A stretch of DNA of 64,000 nucleotides from Ranitomeya imitator (Eukaryota), in NCBI RefSeq assembly GCF_032444005.1, contig NC_091283.1, positions 35,774,001 to 35,838,000 of the forward strand. The letters are read 5' to 3'. Under the pieces are notes generated by a model. The model did not search any database. It was not told where the DNA came from and saw only the letters and a list, made by a program, of their open reading frames with translations. Positions 47,084 through 59,000 of this stretch are shown one piece after another (positions within the stretch are counted from its first letter, which is position 1; the number at the start of each line of letters is the position of its first letter). The position numbers and the translations under genes are program-made.

Positions 47084-50000
47084 GCCCGGTCCTCCCACAC
47101 CCATGCACATGCACGCCCAGTCCTCCCACATCCCTCACCCATGCACGCCCGGTCCTCCCACACCCCACACACACACACACACGCACGCCCGGTCCTCCCA
47201 CACCCATGCACATGCACGCCCGGTCCTCTCACACCCCACACCCATGCACGCCCGGTCCTCCCACACACATTCATACCCGCTCCTCCCACAACCCACACAC
47301 ACACGCACGGTCCTCCCACACCCATGCACATGCACGCCCGGTCCTCCCACAACCCACACACATTCTTGCCCGGTCCCCCCACACACATGCACGCCTGGTC
47401 CTCCCACAACCCACACACATTCTTGCCCGGTCCCCCCACACACATGCACGCCTGGTCCTCCCACAACCCACACACATTCTTGCCCGGTCCCCCCACACAC
47501 ATGCACGCCCGGTCCTCCCACACACCACACACATGCACGCCCGGTGTGGTTGAGCGTTCATATATCACCGAGAGGAGGGGAATAAGCTGCTGTAAGATGT
47601 TACCATTGGAGATGAAGCAAGAGATTGGGCATGTTGAAATCCAACTGCCCAATCCTTTTCTCCCCGACATCTTAGATTGGTGGAAGAGTCAGGATACCCC
47701 CTCCCACTTTAGATGGTCGGTCAGTCCCACTATAGTGTATGGCCACTTACTTTTTTTTTTTTTTTTACACGGCTCTAAAGTCCTCTGTATGAAGGGAGCA
47801 TGTGCGACCACTCCTGGTCTAGGAGAGCGGTGTTTGACATGCTCACTACAACTCCACTCACAGAGGAGACTTTGGCCCCCCAATGTCAGGGTCGCTGGGT
47901 TCCCATCCATCTTGCAGTCGCTCATTACCTTTACTTTCTTTCCTTTGTTTTTCTTCGCAGTCGTCTTCTCTTCCTCTTCATCGTCCTCCTCATCTTCACT
48001 ATTATCACTACCGAGGGCAGCAAATATATTTCTCCCCGCAGGCTGCAATATAACCAACGACACCAGTGCGTAAGAATGGAGGCATTTCTCATAGCAACCA
48101 GTACACACCGTGGGGAAGGGGGGGATGGCGGTGATAGAAGTCTACAGTAAGGAAAGGAGACCAAAATATAAGGACGGAGCGTGCGATCCAGGATCGATGC
48201 TCAGAATGGTTCTCCCCATAAAATAATTCTGGGGCTTCCATTCTTATGGTTCCTCTCTTACTTCCCCTGGAAATTTGTGATTCACATTGATCATTGGATG
48301 TTACCATTGGAGGTAGAGTCTGAACTGAGCGGACCGATCACGCGGTGTAAGGAAGCGCCCCGATAACATGAAACTGGGCACCTTGGGGCCCAGTTATTAA
48401 CATTTCCAGGAGGAATAACAGAGGAGATATAGATAGATATATATATAGAGAGAGATTGCTCTAGAATTGTTATTTAGGTCGGCATTTACTAAAGCAGACA
48501 TGTCAGAGGAGCAGAGAAAGCCCCTTTGAATTGCACACACTCACTTGCGCTTTACCACGTCGGGGGGCCGGTGCAGGGTCTGCCAAGGGGAAAAAACAAA
48601 AGACTTTAGACAGGAATTACTTGGACAACTCTGGTCAAGTAAAAAAATGTTTCCACTGGGCGGAAGGATAAATGGTAACGCTGCCCACTAGTCATACCCA
48701 GCAGAATTATAAATGCAGCTCTGGAGTACAATAGTGGAGCAGATCAGTCACCCGGCCTTTCCGTACCTGACTCTTCCTCTTCATCGCTGGGCTGCACCGA
48801 CAGTTTTTTCAGCTTCTCTGTGATCTCCCGATCTTCATCGTCATCATCATCGTCGTCGTCGTCTCCTCCCTTTTGTTTCCTCCGGTCCTTCTTCTTCTTG
48901 TCTTTCTTCTTTTGCTGTGGGGGAGATCAGTGGACACAGCGGTGGTTAGAAGAGACGGGCAGAGCGCCCCCTGGAGGACACAGAGCGCTCGCTGCCCCAC
49001 CTGCTGTTGCTGCTGCTCCTTCTCTCGCTCTCTGGCAGTTTCCTCCTCCTGCGCCTGTTTATTATCTGCTGACAACTCTTCGAAAAACTGGTGGAAGAAA
49101 AGCAGAAACCGATTATTATTATTGATGAGCGAATATACTCGTTGCTCGTGTTCGGGTGGTCTCCGAGTATTTATGACTGCTCGGAGATTTAGCTTTCCTT
49201 GCAGCAGCTGAATGATTTGCAGCTATTAGCCAGCGTAAGTACATGTGGGGGTTGCCTGGTTGCTAGGGAATCCCCACATGTGATCAAGCTGGCTAAGAGA
49301 TGTAAATCATTCAGCTGAGGTGAGGAAAGCTAAATCTCCGAGCACTAAAAAATACTCAGACCACCCGAGCATGCTCTGGAAAGCCCGAGCAACGAGTACA
49401 CTCGTTCATCACTAATTATTATCCCCATTCCCTACACAACGGACGTGGAGAAGGTGAAGGATGCAAACAAATACAAACATTCGGAGAACCTACCGCCTCT
49501 AGGACCCCCTACTGCCTCCAGGGCCACGCATTTCATCCACACTGCAGCTAATCCCACATATCCCCAGGAGTCCCAGCAGCGTCCTCCCCGCACATCCCCA
49601 GGAGTCCCAGCAGTGTCCTCTCCGCACATCCCCAGAGTCCCAGCAGCGTCCTCTCCGCACATCCCCAGGAGTCCCAGCAGCATCCTCTCCGCACATCCCC
49701 AGGAGTCCCAGCAGCATCCTCTCCGCACATCCCCAGGAGTCCCAGCAGCATCCTCTCCGCACATCCCCAGAGTCCCAGCAGCGTCCTCTCCGCACATCCC
49801 CAGGAGTCCCAGCAGCGTCCTCTCCGCACATCCCCAGGAGTCCCAGCAGCGTCCTCTCCGCACATCCCCAGGAGTCCCAGCAACGTCCTCCCCCGCGCAT
49901 CCCCAGGAGTCCCAGCAGCCTCCTCCCCGCGAATCCCCAGGAGTCCCAGCAGCCTCCTCCCCGCACATTCCCAGACGCGTCCCCTCCGCACATCCCCAGT

Positions 50001-53000
50001 AGTCCCAGCAGCGTCCTCTCCGCACATCCCCAGGAGTCCCAGCAGCGTCCTCCCCCGCGCATCCCCAGGAGTCCCAGCAGCCTCCTCCCCGCGCATCCCC
50101 AGGAGTCCCAGCAGCCTCCTCCCCGCGCATCCCCAGGAGTCCCAGCAGCCTCCTCCCCGCACATTCCCAGAAGCGTCCCCTCCGCACATCCCCAGGAGTC
50201 CCAGCAACGTCCTCCCCCGCGCATCCCCAGGAGTCCCAGCAGCCTCCTCCCCGCGAATCCCCAGGAGTCCCAGCAGCCTCCTCCCCGCACATTCCCAGAA
50301 GCGTCCCCTCCGCACATCCCCAGGAGTCCCAGCAGCGTCCTCTCCGCACATCCCCAGGAGTCCCAGCAGCGTCCTCCCCCGCGCATCCCCAGGAGTCCCA
50401 GCAGCCTCCTCCCCGCGCATCCCCAGGAGTCCCAGCAGCCTCCTCCCCGCACATTCCCAGAAGCGTCCCCTCCGCACATCCCCAGTAGTCCCAGCAGCGT
50501 CCTCTCCGCACATCACCAGGAGTCCCAGCAGCGTCCTCTCCGCACATCCCCAGGAGTCCCAGCAGCGTCCTCTCCGCACATCCCCAGAAGCGTCCTCTCC
50601 GCACATCCCCAGGAGTCCCAGCAGCGTCCTCTCCGCACATCCCCAGAAGCGTCCTCTCCGCACATCCCCAGGAGTCCCAGCAGCGTCCTCCCCGCACATC
50701 CCCAGGAGTCCCAGCAGCGTCCTCCCCGCACATCCCCAGGAGTCCCAGCAGCGTCCTCCCCGCACATCCCCAGGAGTCCCAGCAGCGTCCTCCCCGCACA
50801 TCCCCAGGAGTCCCAGCAGCGTCCTCCCCGCACATCCCCAGGAGTCCCAGCAGCGTCCTCCCCGCACATCCCCAGGAGTCCCAGCAGCGTCCTCTCCGCA
50901 CATCCCCAGAAGCGTCCTCTCCGCACATCCCCAGGAGTCCCAGCAGCGTCCTCTCCGCACATCCCCAGAAGCGTCCTCTCCGCACATCCCCAGCAGCGTC
51001 CTCTCCGCACATCCCCAGAAGCGTCCTCTCCGCACATCCCCAGAAGCGTCCTCTCCGCACATCCCCAGAAGCGTCCTCTCCGCACATCCCCAGAAGCGTC
51101 CTCTCCGCACATCCCCAGAAGCGTCCTCTCCGCACATCCCCAGAAGCGTCCTCTCCGCACATCCCCAGAAGCGTCCTCTCCGCACATCCCCAGAAGCGTC
51201 CTCTCCGCACATCCCCAGAGTCCCAGCAGCGTCCTCTCCGCACATCCCCAGGAGTCCCAGCAGCGTCCTCTCCGCACATCCCCAGGAGTCCCAGCAGCCT
51301 CCTCCCCGCACATCCCCAGGAGTCCCAGCAGCCTCCTCCCCGCACATCCCCAGGAGTCCCAGCAGCCTCCTCCCCGCACATCCCCAGGAGTCCCAGCAGC
51401 CTCCTCCCCGCACATCCCCAGGAGTCCCAGCAGCCTCCTCCCCGCACATCCCCAGGAGTCCCAGCAGCGTCCTCTCCGCACATCCCCAGGAGTCCCAGCA
51501 GCGTCCCCTCCGCACATCCCCAGGAGTTCCAGCAGCATCCTCTCCGCACATCCCCAGGAGTTCCAGCAGCCTCCCCCTTCTAATCTCAGAAGTTGCCTCA
51601 ACATCCCCAGCAGTGACAGAAACTCACCCAACTACTATTGCCACTCACAGCATTATCCTCCCAAAGCTCCCCAATATTCAAAGCAGCCCCCTCCGAATCA
51701 CAGCAATATCATCTCTGCACTTCCCCAGTAATCACAGCAGCCCCCACTACTACTGACAGCAGTGGTCTTCCCATCCTTTACTAATCGGTACTGCAGCTTC
51801 CCCTACTAATCACAGCATACTCTTCCCCAGACGTCACTGCAGCCTCCCATTACCTCTCCCTTCTAATTACAGCAGTTTCCCGCCTTGCACCCCCAGTAGT
51901 CATTGCAGCTTGACCCCACTACTCACTGCAGAATCCTCCTATGCCAAGGTCTGTGTGGCTCTATAAAGTGTGGCTCTTAGTGTACAGCAGAAATATGCCA
52001 GAAGTGACCATAAGTTCAGAGCCACAACTGTTTGCTGACCGACTCCATCACCTTAAGGGAACCTGTCACCCCCAAAATCGATGGTGAGGTAAGCCCACCA
52101 ACATCAGGGGCTTATCTACAGCATTCTATAATGCCGTAGATAAGCCCCCGATGTTACCTAAAAGAGGAGAAAAAGACGTTAGATTATACTCACCCAGGGG
52201 CGGTCCGGGTCCGATGTGTGTCTCAGGTCCGGTCCGGGGCCTCCCATCTTCATTCCATGACGTCCTCTTCTTGTCTTCACGCTGCAGCTCCGGCGTAGGC
52301 ATACTTTGCCTGTTGTGGGCAGAGCAAAGTACTGCAGTGCGCAGACGCCGGGCCTCTTTGACCTGTCCCGGCGCCTGCGCACTGCAGTACTTTGCTCTGC
52401 CCTCAACAAGGCAGACAAAGTACGCCTGCGCCGCAGCGTGAAGACCAGAAGAGGACGTCATGGAATGAAGATGGGAGGCCCCGGACCGGACCTGAGACAC
52501 ACATCGGACCCGGACCGCAGCGGGACCGCCCCTGGGTGAGTATAATCTAACCTCTTTTTCTCCTCTTTCAGGTAACATCGGCAGCTTATCTACAGCATTA
52601 CAGAATGCTGTAGATAAGCCCCTGATGACGGTGAACTTACCTCACCATCGATTTTGGGGGTGACAGGTTCCCTTTAGTTTCCCACTATGCCTACTTATGT
52701 CCTAACAGATATTACTCCACTAATCCTTAGTCTCCTTCACTACAACCAAACATTTATCACCTTCCCACCTGACCGGCTCCGCACACTTACATCTCTCCTA
52801 CAGAACCACAAAATAAGCCCGGCACTGTCCTTCTCCTCACAGGTGGTGACATATCTCCCAATCCTGGACCTCCACGGCTGATACCCCCCACAATCCTCCG
52901 CCGGTCCCTATGCAAAAAGCTCCACGTCATTAATGGCCTCTTTACCTCTCACAATCTATCCTTCCTGGGCCTCACCGAAACACTGCTGACACCCCCATCC

Positions 53001-56000
53001 CCCCCGACACGGCCTCCCCTGCTGTGCTACGGTGGTCTTCACCTCACCCACGCTCCTTACCCTGGTAACGGACATGGTGGAAGAGCTGGTCTTTCTAACA
53101 CCTGCACCTTCAGCCCAATCCCACCTCTACCCTCCATCATCCTCTCTCTTTTTGAAGTCCACTCTGTCTCCAACCTCCAAGTGGCCGTCATATCCCGACC
53201 TCCAAGCCCGGAACTGCCTTTATTGACTAATTCTGCCTTTATTGACTAATTCTACACGTGACTTCTCCACTTTCTCTCCGCTGGCATTCCCACTATCATC
53301 ATGGGTGACTTCAACATCCCCACTGACACCTGCCAGCCAGCAACCTCAAAACTCCTATCTCTTAGTTCATCTTTTGGACTTACTCAGTGGTGCTACTCAG
53401 CCACCCACACAGACATACGATCTTATCTTCACCCATCGCTGCCCCAATCTAACCTCACAACCTGCCCTCTACCCATCTCTGACCACCATCTACTTACATT
53501 CTCTTCCCTGTCCTCCTCATCTACTGCCCAAGTCTAACATCTACCTCACCCCCACAGAACGTTCACACACAGGTGCTTCTCACAAAATTAGATTAAAAAG
53601 TTAATTTCAGTTCTTCAATACAAAAAGTGAAACCCATACATTATATAGAGTCATTACACGCAGAGTGATCCATTTCACGTGCTTATTTCTGTTAATGTTG
53701 AGGATTATGGCTTACAGCCAAATGAAAACCCAAAAGTCATTATCTCAGTCAATTAGAATAATTAAAGGTACCTTCACACATAACGATATTGTTAACGATA
53801 TCGTTGATATTTGTGACGTAGCAACGATATCGTTAACGATATCGTTATGTGTGACAGCGACCAACGATCAGGCCCCTGCTCGGAGATCGTTGGTCGCTGA
53901 ATAAAGTCCAGAACTTTATTTCGTCGCTGGACTCCTGCTGACATCGCTGGATCGGCGTGTGTGACACCGATCCAGCGATGTCTTCACTGGTAACCAGGGT
54001 AAACATCGGGTAACTAAGCGCAGGGCCGCGCTTAGTAACCCGATGTTTACCCTGGTTACCATGCTAAAAGTTAAAAAAAAACAAACACTAGATACTTACC
54101 TACCGCTGTCTGTCCTCCAGCGCTGCGCTCTGCACTCCTCCTGTACTGGCTGTGAGCCGGAAAGCAGAGCGGTGACGTCACCGCTCTGCTTTCCGGCTCA
54201 CAGACAGTACAGGAGGAGTGCAGAGAAGCAGAGCGCAGCGCTGGAGGACAGACAGCGGTAGGTAAGTATCTAGTGTTTGTTTTTTTTTAACTTTTAGCAT
54301 GGTAACCAGGGTAAACATCGGGTTACTAAGCGCGGCCCTGCGCTTAGTTACCCGATGTTTACCCTGGTTACCGGCATCGTTGGTCGCTGGAGAGCGGTCT
54401 GTGTGACAGCTCTCCAGCGACCAAACAGCGACGCTGCAGCGATCCGGATCGTTGTCGGTATCGCTGCAGCGTCGTTAAGTGTGAAGGGGCCTTAACAAAA
54501 ACACCTGTAAAGGCTTCCTCAGCGTTTATAAAGGTCCCTTAAGTCTGTTTCAGTAGCTCCACAATCATGGGGAAGACTGCTGACTTGACAGATGTCCAGA
54601 AGGCGTCACTGACACACTCCACAAGGAAAGTAAATTTTGCATTTCATTTGGAAATCAAGGTCCCAGAGTCTGGAGGAAGAGTGGAGGCCACAATCCAAGC
54701 TGCTGGAGGTCTAGTGTGAAGTCTCCACAATCAGTGATGGTTTGGGAGCCATGTCATCTGCTGGTGTAGGTCCACTGTGTTTTATCAAGACCAAAGTCAG
54801 CGCAGCCGTCTACCAGGACATTTTAGAGCACTTCATGCTTCCCTCTGCTGACAAGCTTATTGGAGATGGAAATGTCATTCTCCAGCAGGACTTGGCACCT
54901 GTCCACACTGCTAAAAGAGGGATTTTTGGTTCTTACCATAAAATCTCTTTCTTGGAGCCTTCATTGGGGGACACAGGTAAGGCTACTTTCACACTAGCGT
55001 TAACTGCAATCCGTCACAATGCGTCGTTTTGCAGAAAAAACGCATCCTGCAAAAGTGTTTGCAGGATGCGTTTTTTCTCCATTGACTAACATTACGCGAC
55101 GCATTGCGACGGATTGCCACACGTCGCAACCGTCGCGCCGTGTTTCGGCCGACCGTCGGCCGCAAAAAACGTTCCATGTAACATTTTTTGCAGCCGACGG
55201 ACCATCTTTTCCGACTGCGCATGCGCGGCCGGAACTCCTCCCCCACCTCCCCGCACCTCACAATGGGGCAGCGGATGCGCTGAAAAGCAGCATCCGCTGC
55301 ACCCGTTGTGCGGCGGAGGCAACGCTAGCGTCGGTAACCTCGGCCCGATGCACTGCGACGGGCCGAGCCCGACGCTAGTGTGAAAGAAGCCTTACCATGA
55401 GTGTATGCTGCTGTCACTAGGAGGTTTGACAATATGCAAATAAAGAAAAATAACTCCTCCCCGGCAGTATACACCCTCCGACAGGCACCTCAGATGGTGC
55501 AAAAGCAGTAGTAGGAACAAGTATAAAAAACGTAACCTATGTACCAACCCACAACAACGGCACAACATAAATGGAGGGTGCTGTGTCCACCAATGAAGGC
55601 TCCAAGAAAGATTTTACGGTAAGAACCAAAAATCCCTCTTTCTTTCTCGCTTCATTGGGGTACACAGGTAACCATGGGACAACCAAAAGTAGTCCCCAGG
55701 GCAGGATAATAAGAATAGAGAACTAGGTCGGCCGGTGCGAAATCGCAGCCTGCAGTATCTTCCTACCCAGGCCTGCATCCGCAGAAGCCTAAGTGTGCAC
55801 CTTGTAGAATTTCACAAAGGTGTGGATGGACGACCAAGTTGCGGCCTTGCAAACCTGCGAGGCCATAGCTTGGTGACGAACCGCCCAAGAAGATCCCACA
55901 GCCATGGTAGAGTGAGCTCTCACCCCCGGGGGAGGCTGTTTGTCTTGAACACGGTATGTCTCCAGGACCACCGAACGGATCCACCGAGCAATTGTGGACT

Positions 56001-59000
56001 TAGAGGCGGGGAGCCCCTTCTGACGACCTTCCGAGATGACAAACAGAGGGTCGGACTGATGAAAAGGAGCAGTTCTGGCAAGGTAGACTCGGATAACCCT
56101 GACCACATCCAAATTGTGGAGAGATTTCTCCAAAGGATGAACGAACTGGGGAAGGGCACACAGAAGGAAGGACGATGTCTTCATTGATGTGAAAAGCCGA
56201 AACCACCTTTGGCAGAAAAGAAGGGACAGGCTGAAGGACAACTTTGTCCTGATGAAGGACCAGAAAGGGAGAACGACAGGACAACGCCGCCAACTCAGAA
56301 ATTCTCCTGATCGAGGTGATGGTGACCAAAAAAGCTACTTTCCAGGAAAGAAGCGAAAAAGAGATGTCCCGAAAAGGCGTACACTGGAGGGCACCGAGCA
56401 CAAGGTTGAGGTCCCAAGGAGCGACTGGAGGATGGTAAGGAGGTGCAACACGAGCAACCCCCTGATAGAAGGTTCTCACCTGGGGGAGAGAAGCAATGTC
56501 TCTTTGAAAGAGAATGGACAAGGCAGAAATCTGACCCTTTAACGTGCTCTTATCTTTGTTTGTATGGCACGTTGAGAAAAACCTGCGTCCTTCAGGATCG
56601 CGGCCTCAACGGCCATACCATTAAATTCAGAGACTGAGAACTCGGGTGGAAGAGGGAACCCTGAGATAGAAGATCCGGACGGTCTGGGAGCCTCCAAGGT
56701 TCGTTCGATAACATGATCACTAGCTCCGCGTACCAGGCCCTGCGGGGCCAATCTAGAGTTACTAAGAGAACGGGAACCCCCTCTGACTTTATCTTCTTTA
56801 CGACCCTTGAAAGTGAGGGAAGAGGCGGGAACAGGTAAGGCATCTGAAACTGGGCCCAGGAGATCACGATAGCGTCGCAGCCGACGGCCCTCGGATCTGG
56901 ATAAGCACTGGGGAACGCCACCTCCTTATGACCTGCTTGTTGCGAGTCCCTCCCTGATGGTTTATGTAAGCCACAGCTGTGGCGTTGTCCGACTGAATGC
57001 GGACTGGTTTTTCTGAGAGGAGGGGCTACCCGCGGAGGGGGGCTAGAAAAATACCTGTGATTTCCAAGAGCTTGATCGGGAGGTGTGCCTCCTGAGCAGT
57101 CCAGCGCCCGTGGGCTGTGAGGTGGAGAAAGACCGCACCCCACCCCTGGAGACTGGCATCGGTGGTGATGACCTGCCAGTGGAGGGGAGAAATGATCTCC
57201 CGCGCAGAATGGAAGTGGATAGCGTCCGCCAAGTGAGAGACTGTCTCACCTCAAGAGGGAGGCGAACTGGGCGGTCTAAGGAGAGTGGATTCCTGTCCCA
57301 AACTGACAGAAGGGCCAGCTGGAGAGGGTGAGAGTGGAACTGAGCATAAGGGACCGCTTCCATGGAAGGGACCATCTTGCCCAGAACCCTCATGCTGAGC
57401 CGTAGAGGTAGTGGGGTAGGACGCCTACATGAAGATGAGGAACATATCAGGATCCCTTGATGGCAGAAAGGGTCCTGGGAGATGTGGTCCTGCTTCCCGC
57501 GCTATATCAACCGGCGCAGAAGACGGAGTCAACCCCTTAAAAGGGGGGAGGTCACCTCAGGTGACCACAGTCTTCCTCTTGGCTGACCATAACCCCATAG
57601 AGAATCTATAGGGTATTGTCATACCAACCAGGCAACCCCCACATGTGCTCAGCCCGGCTAGCAGCCATAAATCATGCAGCTGAGTCAACAAAAACTAAAT
57701 CTCCGAGCAGTCACAAATACTCGGGAGACCACCCAAGCATGCTCGGGAAAACCTGAGCAACGAGTATACTCGCTCATCACTAGCTGTAAGCCATAATCAT
57801 CAACATTAACAGAAATAAACACGTGAAATAGATCACTCTGTGTGTAATGACTCTATATAATATATGAGTTTCACTTTTTGTATTGAAGAACTGAAATAAA
57901 TTAACTTGTTGATGATATTCTAATTTTGTGAGAAGTGCCTGTACCTAGACACTCACACTCTCCAACTCTAGTCTACCGCTGTCCTCCATATCCTCACTCC
58001 ATGACATACAGCGCCTCTGCTTCCTACAATGCTACACTCACATCAGCTATTGACTCCTCGTCCCTCTCGTGCACAGCAGAGTGCGACAAATCAATAGACA
58101 ACCCTGATACACCAACGTCATTAAAGAGCTTTAGCGAGCGTCCAGGGTTGCAGAGCGGAACTGGAAGAAAATGCATTCACAAGAAGAATTTACTACATTC
58201 AAAAAAAGCCCTCACATCTGCTAAACAGCCCTACTTCACAACCCTTGTATCCCACAACCGCAAACAGCTATTCAACACTTAACTAACTCCTCTGCCAACC
58301 ATTTCCCCCTCCGACCTCCCTCATTTCGGACTAAGACTTTACTGCTTAATCTTGTTGAAGTGTACAGCAAAGACTTGCCTGATTTGGTCAACCATCACAA
58401 GCCCTATGTATACCAGACCACTGCCCTCCCCACCATCAGCGAAGGAGGGCTTACTCATCTCCTCTCCAAATCACACCTCGCCACCTGTTCACTTGACCCC
58501 ATCCCATCTCCTATCAACCTCACCACCACATTCATCCCATCCCTAACCCATCTCTTCAACTTACGGTATTTACTTATGGTACCTTCCCTTCTGCTTTCAA
58601 ACATGCCACAATTACCCCCATCCTGAAGAAGCCATCCCTTGACCCAACCGCTACATCCAGCTGTCGTCCCACTGCTCCCAGTCGCCTCCAAACGCCACGA
58701 AAAACACATTCACACTATCCTTTCCTCTCACTTCTCATCTAACCTACTCTTTGACAACCATCAATCCAGCTTCCGCCCCCAGTATTCCACTGAAACTGCC
58801 GTAACCAACATTCTCTGTACTCCTCCTTCTAGACCTGTCCTCTGCCTTCGACACAGTTGACCACTGCCTCCTACTACAGATCCTTTCTTCCTTTGGCATC
58901 AAATACCTCGCCCTATCCTGGATCTCCTCATACCTTTCCAACCGCACATTCAGCGTCTCCCACTCCCACACTACCTCCTCATCCCACCCTCTCTGTTGGG

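Larger units (their letters stand above)
53570..57941 (+). mobile_element. Dead Tc1 element (second family) carrying nested insertions
   Basis: TIRs caggtgcttctcacaaaattaga (53570) and its complement ending at 57941 + TA. Transposase fragments [12 protein letters not shown] (54567) and [16 protein letters not shown]...[11 protein letters not shown] (to 54913). Confidence 0.85.

Noticed and set aside
46479-48073. His/Thr/Pro- and Cys/Val/Gly-rich ORFs
   Set aside because: CA-rich minisatellite artefacts.
49432-51631. 705-aa and 667-aa ORFs
   Set aside because: 34-bp minisatellite translations with no domain content.
55789-56521. Second tyrosine recombinase as a functional gene
   Set aside because: Frameshifted, and the catalytic HxxR is mutated to HSTM.
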